Assembly: GCA_963714085.1 (NCBI GenBank)
Contig: OY970229.1
Location: 864,001-928,000, forward strand
Origin: an uncultured Candidatus Micrarchaeota archaeon
GTDB taxonomy: Archaea > Micrarchaeota > Micrarchaeia > Anstonellales > Bilamarchaeaceae
Direction: 5' to 3'
Length of the DNA: 64,000 nucleotides
Under the pieces are notes generated by a model. It had not been told where the DNA came from. It saw only the letters and a program-made list of their open reading frames with translations, and made no database searches. A program made the translations under genes and the position numbers. Shown piece by piece: positions 58,722 through 64,000 of the stretch. The number at the start of each line of letters is the position of its first letter. Position 1 is the first letter of the stretch.

Positions 58722-58783
58722 ATTTCATCCCTGCCATACACATACATTGAAGTCCTTATAAATCCACGGTGCGTTCCTATCCC

Positions 58784-59263
58784 ATGGCAAAACCAGGCAT
58801 TTGGGTGCTTATCGGTTTCATCGTGCTTTCTCTTCTCGCTGGCGCCATCGGCTCGCTCTTCACGTTCCAATCCATACCTGGCTGGTACGCCTCGCTCCAG
58901 AAGCCCTGGTTCAATCCGCCAAATTGGGTGTTCGGTCCGGTGTGGACACTTCTTTATATCCTCATGGGCTCGGCCGCATACCTGGTCTATGAAAAAGGGC
59001 TGAAAAACAAGGAAGTTCGCTCCGCGCTCGAGGTCTTCGGTATACAGCTCGCGTTCAATGCTGCATGGTCCATAGCGTTCTTCGGGCTGCGCTCTATCTC
59101 AGGCGGCCTGGTCATCATAGCCCTGCTCTGGCTCTCCATAGTTTGGACGATGATTCTTTTCTGGAAACTCTCCCGCAACGCTGCCTGGTTGTTATCGCCC
59201 TACATCCTTTGGACTAGCTTCGCAGCTCTGCTCAACCTCTCGCTCCTTTTCCTGAACCGCTGA
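58784..59263 (+). CDS. tspO: TspO/MBR tryptophan-rich sensory protein
   Basis: WYASLQKPWFNPPNWVFGPVWTLLY, PYILW.SFA..LN. Confidence 0.93.
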   Translation: MAKPGIWVLIGFIVLSLLAGAIGSLFTFQSIPGWYASLQKPWFNPPNWVFGPVWTLLYILMGSAAYLVYEKGLKNKEVRSALEVFGIQLAFNAAWSIAFFGLRSISGGLVIIALLWLSIVWTMILFWKLSRNAAWLLSPYILWTSFAALLNLSLLFLNR

Positions 59264-59265
59264 AT

Positions 59266-59298
59266 AAAAAAAAAGCCGGCCCCTTTCAGGGCCGGCTT
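59266..59298 (-). terminator. Hairpin plus U-tract terminator downstream of leuA
   Basis: 10-bp stem aagccggccc/gggccggctt with a 6-nt loop and an adjacent A-run (T-run on the minus strand). Confidence 0.75.
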
Positions 59299-59303
59299 GG
59301 CAT

Positions 59304-61103
59304 TCATTCCGATACGGCGGGGTATTGCGCCCTTAATTCTTCCAGCGCGTGGATCGCGTTGTAGCCCTTCACAAAGGCCTCGATGGATGCTCTGACCGTG
59401 TCCGTGCCGACAACTGAAGACTCGACCTCCGATTCTCCCTTTTTGACGCTCATGGTGATTCTTCCCCGGGCGTCGCTTCCCCCGCCTATCCCGTGGGATT
59501 CGTAGGACGAGATTTCCACGCCCGTGCCATTGCCTATGGCAGCCCGGATCGCTTTTACTCCCGCATCCACAGGACCGTCTCCGCTGCTGTCCTCGCCAAC
59601 GACGTCTTCTCCATTGACCCTGACCCTCACGCGCGCATAACGCCCCGCATCTCCGGTCCTGACCTCCTCGACGCGGACGTCATCGACCAGGCTGCACGGC
59701 TTGTCCATCACCGCGGCGTAAGTCATGAGGAGGAAGTCCGCGTCGCTCACCGCGCTGGCCGCGGCCATCTCCTTCACTGCAGCCAGGATGACCGGCACCG
59801 TATCCTGCGGGACGCTGATGCCGAATTCATCCAGCTTGAGGACGATGCTCTTGTTCCCGGCGAGCCCACCTACTTCGACAGTCTCCTTTCTGCCTATTAT
59901 CTCCGGGGCGTAAGCTATGTACACACTTCCTCTGTCCCTTCTGTCAGACTCTGCGTTCTGCGTGACGGTCTTTTTGCTTTTGAAAACCCCGTCGGCGTGG
60001 ACGCCCGCCGTGTGCGACCCCGCCTTTATCCCGACGTACGACGCGTTCGGCGCAGGTCCGACCCCGAACCGTTCTGTCACGAAAGCGGACATCCTGGCCA
60101 GTTGGCTCACGTCAAAGTACTCAATGCCGTAGTTGAGGTACATATACATTGCCACCTGCTCCATCGACGCGTTCCCCGTCCTCTCGCCCACCCCGTGCAT
60201 CGTGACCTGCGCCACGTCCACTCCGGCGAGCATGGCCGCGATCGTGTTCTGCACCGCCATGCCCATGTCGTTATGGCAGTGCACCTGGAGAGGCAGTTCG
60301 GGGATTTCCGAGCGGATATACGATATGAGGCCGTACATGTAGGCCGGGTCGCACACTCCGATGGTGTCCGGGATGTTGTACTGGATGCCATGGCCACCGG
60401 CTGCTTCGTATACCCTCTTCCCTACCTCCACGATATGGGCCGGGTCCGCCCTCGCCGCGTCCTCGAGCGACACTATGATGTTGCCGAACTCCCTTTGCCC
60501 GGGGTCGAAGCCCTTCCCCCTGGCGTATCTCACGCATTCCACGATATGCTCTATGAGCTCTTCCGGCATCTTGTCGAATTTCACCCATGCGTGCGGGATG
60601 GAGCCAGAGGAGTAGATGTGCATAGTGTGCGCCTCCGCTTCTATCGCGGCGTCTATGTCCCTCTGCACCATGCGGCCGAGGCTGACGATTTCGGTCTTCA
60701 TGCCGGCTTCCCGCACCATCCGCCTCACCGTCCTTATGGCCTCGATCTCGCCCGGGTTGCTCACTGCATTGCCGACCTCTATTATAGGTATGCCGCAGCG
60801 GGCCAGCATCATGCAGATGTCGACCTTGTTCTCGACCACCGACCTTCCGGTCTGCTCGGTGATGAAGGCCTCCCTGGTCTGCATGCCGTCCCTGGCCGTG
60901 GTCTCGAATAACTTCTTTCTTCTGAGCCTTGCTACGGTCTCCCCGTCCCGTGCGACCATGGCACGGCCATATCCGTCGGCATAAGGCCCTATCACCTCGA
61001 GATACTTGTTCTTTCTCTCTTCCCACCACCCGAATTTCCTCACCGCATCCGGCATCGCCCTGATTGCCGGGCGCGCCATAACAATCCTTTGTCCGTTTTG
61101 CAT
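59304..61103 (-). CDS. leuA: 2-isopropylmalate synthase family (LeuA/CimA) with C-terminal regulatory domain
   Basis: ETTARDGMQ, EDA.R, PDTIG, HCHND.GMA, GERTGNA, GDGPVDA. GAGGTG precedes ATG 61103. Confidence 0.8.
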   Translation of the reverse strand: MQNGQRIVMARPAIRAMPDAVRKFGWWEERKNKYLEVIGPYADGYGRAMVARDGETVARLRRKKLFETTARDGMQTREAFITEQTGRSVVENKVDICMMLARCGIPIIEVGNAVSNPGEIEAIRTVRRMVREAGMKTEIVSLGRMVQRDIDAAIEAEAHTMHIYSSGSIPHAWVKFDKMPEELIEHIVECVRYARGKGFDPGQREFGNIIVSLEDAARADPAHIVEVGKRVYEAAGGHGIQYNIPDTIGVCDPAYMYGLISYIRSEIPELPLQVHCHNDMGMAVQNTIAAMLAGVDVAQVTMHGVGERTGNASMEQVAMYMYLNYGIEYFDVSQLARMSAFVTERFGVGPAPNASYVGIKAGSHTAGVHADGVFKSKKTVTQNAESDRRDRGSVYIAYAPEIIGRKETVEVGGLAGNKSIVLKLDEFGISVPQDTVPVILAAVKEMAAASAVSDADFLLMTYAAVMDKPCSLVDDVRVEEVRTGDAGRYARVRVRVNGEDVVGEDSSGDGPVDAGVKAIRAAIGNGTGVEISSYESHGIGGGSDARGRITMSVKKGESEVESSVVGTDTVRASIEAFVKGYNAIHALEELRAQYPAVSE

Positions 61104-61200
61104 GAACCACACCTCTTTTTTTGTTTTTCACGACGCAGGAAAAAAGCAAGGCTAAGGGTATTTTTTCTATAAATCCGGGGTTCTAAGTGTGGTGTGGCCG

Positions 61201-61269
61201 CTAGGCCAGCAAAAGGAGCAGGCTGAGCGTGATGGAATTAGAGCTGATTTTTCCGCTCATGGCTTGCAT
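61201..61269 (-). CDS. Leu-rich leader peptide (candidate attenuator uORF)
   Basis: Own translation: (MQA)MSGKISSNSITLSLLLLLA*, codons ctc agc ctg ctc ctt ttg ctg. TATA-like TTTAAAAA at 61301-61294. Confidence 0.7.
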   Translation of the reverse strand: MQAMSGKISSNSITLSLLLLLA

Positions 61270-61316
61270 ACTGGTTCTTTGTGTAAGCAAGATTTTTTAA
61301 AGGCTACCTGCCGCGC

Positions 61317-61592
61317 CTAATCCGATTTTATCCACGTCTGGTAGTCCTTCATGCTCATCTCTATGGGCATGCCGCTGTAGCCGCATTTCGGGCAGTTGAT
61401 CTTGCTCGCCATGGAAGTCGTGCCCATGAGGGAGAGTGAGTCCATCTCGTAGTCCCCTTCGCTCACCGGTCGCTTGCACTTCGGGCAGACAAGGACGTCG
61501 TGGCTCTCGTCGCCTTTCTCGGCCTTCTCTATCTCCTTGTCCTCCTCATCGATTTCCTTGTCGAGCTCCTCTTCTTCGGTTTTCTTGGCCAT
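61317..61592 (-). CDS. Zn-ribbon protein with an acidic N-terminus
   Basis: CPKC...CPKCGY. Confidence 0.75.
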   Translation of the reverse strand: MAKKTEEEELDKEIDEEDKEIEKAEKGDESHDVLVCPKCKRPVSEGDYEMDSLSLMGTTSMASKINCPKCGYSGMPIEMSMKDYQTWIKSD

Positions 61593-61659
61593 GTGATCAT
61601 CTTCATTTGTTTCTTCGGGGAAGTTAATAAAGATTGCCTGAGACTCATGTCCGAGGTCT

Positions 61660-64000
61660 ATGAGGCGCATCGTCCTCCTGTTGTTATTGGTATCCATCGC
61701 GTTCGCGTCCAATGTCACCACCAGTCCGCAGGATGCTGCGTATAACACTGCCAATGTCACTGGACCGTCCCATGATTATTACATCGTCAGCTTCAACGGG
61801 CCCATAACCGACGCGCAAAGGGCCAGCGTGGAATCCTCGGGATTGGAAATCGTTGGCTATGCCGGGGACTACTCCTATGTCGCGAGGACGCCCATCGGAG
61901 CCGTCCCCACAGCCTCGGGTTTCAGCATCGAGAAGATGGGGAACAAACCGATGAAAGCCATGTCAAGCATGGCCTTGGCGACAAACAGCACGCTTTTGGA
62001 AAACATAATCGTGGTTCTCTACCCTGGCGAGGATGCCGACGGGATGGTGAACGCGATAAGCGCCATAGCGCCCGCGGAAAAGTACGATGAAAAGACTGTA
62101 GTCGTCCCATCCGCCACCGAGGACCAGCTTTCGGAGATACGTTCCATTCCCGGGGTCATAGGAGCCGATCCCAAGATGCCAAATCAAGTCTTCAATAATT
62201 ACGCGGCACCGGTACTTGGTGTGAGCGATGTCTGGTCACGGCTCGGTCTGAACGGGAACAGCACGATTGTGGCGATTGGGGATACTGGCCTCGACACCGG
62301 AAACCTATCCACGATGCATATTGATTTCCGTGGGAGGGTCAACATAAGCGCATGGTGCGACGGGGCAGGGCATGGCTATACATGTTCTGGTAATCCGACT
62401 GGCAAGGACCTGATGGGTCACGGAACGCACGTTTGCGGTTCGGTTCTCGGGGGCGGGAACGCGAGTGGCGGTGTAATCAAAGGCATGGCGTTTGGGGCCA
62501 AGCTGTTCATGCAAAGCCTTAATCCTGACGGGACCGATAGCATTTACACGCCAGACAACCTGGAGCTGTTATTCAATGAATCGTACAATGCCAATGCTAG
62601 TTTGCACTCGGATTCCTGGGGTGATAATTACTATCACTATGATAGCTCTAGCTCATATTTCATAGATGATTTTTCATACCAACATCCAGATTTCCTAATC
62701 CTTTTCGCAGCAAGCAACAATGGATCGGCTGGTGCAGACACAATATCCTCTGAGGGCCAAGCTAAGAACGACATAACCGTAGGTGCTGTCGGAACTACAC
62801 GAACGACTCCCTCAGACCCATATTCTACTGGTCCTGGCGTCGTTTCATCATTCTCATCAATAGGTCCGACATCTGATGGTAGGTACAAGCCAGACCTCAT
62901 GGCTCCGGGAGACAACATACTTTCCACCAAGTCATCTGCCACGGGGGTCTGGGCCTGCAATACGGCATGCGGTAGCGCATGTAATTCCTCATATGCGTCT
63001 TCCTATGCGTTTTGCTCAGGCACTTCCATGGCGACCCCGTTGTCAACCGGAAGCGCAACGCTGGTCCGGGATTATCTGATAAAAAACATGTCCATGGTAG
63101 ATCCTCCGTCCGCCCTGATTAAAGCTATTCTCATCGCCGGGGCCGAAGACCTGCCTTCCTATGGCGCTTCCCCGAATTTCAACTCCGGTTTTGGAAGGAT
63201 CAACCTTTCGGAATCGCTTCCACAAGGAAAGCAGGTAATGAACTTCACTTTGGGGAACATAAGCACCAATACTTCGATCTCTCTGCAGTACCATTTCAGG
63301 ACCAGCAACAGAACAAGATTCGCGCTTGTTTGGACGGACCCTGCTTGCATAAGCAGTTGTGACGCCAAGGCGCTGGTGAACGACCTTGACCTCGCCGTGA
63401 CGCTTCCGAACGGGACTCTCTTCTACGGTAACAGCAGGGGAAACAGTTCCGCAGGGCCTGACAGGAAGAACAATGTGGAAATGGTGGAGCTCAACCCGGT
63501 GCCCGGGCGGTATACCGTGAACGTCTCAGGGTATAGTGTGCCGATTGGACCGCAGGCATTCTCTTTGGTTGTAATTGGCGGAATCGACCCGGATGCGCCG
63601 AGCATCAGCATCTCCAGCCCGGCGAATACGACCTATTTCGTTAACACTGTCAACCTAACTTTCCAGGTCAACGACAGCGACCTGAATTCCTGCTGGTATT
63701 CTCTCAACGGAGCGGGCCCTACCGCGCTGCCTAACTGTTCCAATACGACCATCGGCCCCGTAGTGGACAATAGTTACAATCTCTCCGTATTCGCCAACGA
63801 CTCGGGAGGGAATGTGAACAGCTCGAACGTAACGTTCGTCATAGCCGCAGCACCGAACGTAATCATCAACTCCCCGGTCAACACGACGTACAATTACGCT
63901 TCCATCCCTATCGACATCAACGTGACCGCTCCCACGAACGTCAGCGCGACATGGTTCTTCAACGGCACAGTGAACGAAACCTACAACGGAACGGTGAACC
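61660..64000 (+). CDS. Secreted S8 subtilase (KP-43-like) with C-terminal Ig-like repeats; runs off the window end
   Basis: Own translation: signal MRRIVLLLLLVSIAFA, triad GDTG / GHGTHVCG / SGTSMATP, LVWTDP..LVNDLDL, repeated SP.NTTY. Confidence 0.92.
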   Translation, partial: MRRIVLLLLLVSIAFASNVTTSPQDAAYNTANVTGPSHDYYIVSFNGPITDAQRASVESSGLEIVGYAGDYSYVARTPIGAVPTASGFSIEKMGNKPMKAMSSMALATNSTLLENIIVVLYPGEDADGMVNAISAIAPAEKYDEKTVVVPSATEDQLSEIRSIPGVIGADPKMPNQVFNNYAAPVLGVSDVWSRLGLNGNSTIVAIGDTGLDTGNLSTMHIDFRGRVNISAWCDGAGHGYTCSGNPTGKDLMGHGTHVCGSVLGGGNASGGVIKGMAFGAKLFMQSLNPDGTDSIYTPDNLELLFNESYNANASLHSDSWGDNYYHYDSSSSYFIDDFSYQHPDFLILFAASNNGSAGADTISSEGQAKNDITVGAVGTTRTTPSDPYSTGPGVVSSFSSIGPTSDGRYKPDLMAPGDNILSTKSSATGVWACNTACGSACNSSYASSYAFCSGTSMATPLSTGSATLVRDYLIKNMSMVDPPSALIKAILIAGAEDLPSYGASPNFNSGFGRINLSESLPQGKQVMNFTLGNISTNTSISLQYHFRTSNRTRFALVWTDPACISSCDAKALVNDLDLAVTLPNGTLFYGNSRGNSSAGPDRKNNVEMVELNPVPGRYTVNVSGYSVPIGPQAFSLVVIGGIDPDAPSISISSPANTTYFVNTVNLTFQVNDSDLNSCWYSLNGAGPTALPNCSNTTIGPVVDNSYNLSVFANDSGGNVNSSNVTFVIAAAPNVIINSPVNTTYNYASIPIDINVTAPTNVSATWFFNGTVNETYNGTVN

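Noticed and set aside
58722..58783. Trp attenuator upstream of trpD
   Set aside because: The spacer is short and no Trp-rich uORF is present.

Overview
Archaeal chromosomal window, dense with genes. The informational genes are archaeal types (RadA, pelota, GatDE, PheT, TrpRS, class III-signal pilins). They sit alongside bacterial-type metabolic and topology genes (class I GAPDH, split transketolase/transaldolase, DNA gyrase, ATP-PEPCK). This mix suggests a DPANN lineage, most likely Micrarchaeota; the assignment is inference only. Main blocks: ADP-forming acetyl-CoA synthetase; purF-rhomboid-pheT; thiolase...rpe-tktAB-mscL-tal-DUF35; trpS operon; radA; aspartokinase; gap; gyrBA; gatDE; a full type IV (Tad-like) pilus locus with a vWA adhesin and a KaiC-like ATPase; an arsR-trx-arsP operon; a SOD/FTR/cupredoxin redox cluster; trpD; leuA; a truncated S8 protease. 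No rRNA, tRNA, CRISPR array, integrase or transposase was recognised. The top finding is missing from the ORF track: a Leu-rich leader peptide ((MQA)MSGKISSNSITLSLLLLLA, 61201-61269, minus strand) directly upstream of leuA. It is followed by tandem anti-Shine-Dalgarno boxes, so it is a candidate ribosome-mediated attenuator in an archaeon. Other leads: an ORB-like inverted-repeat block holding a solo Cas2-like gene, a peptidoglycan-binding-like motif, a Cys-containing C-terminal sorting signal, a LysRS-I catalytic-only paralog, a structured leader RNA before rpe, and a palindrome upstream of radA. All calls come from reading the sequence and recognising motifs; no database search was run.
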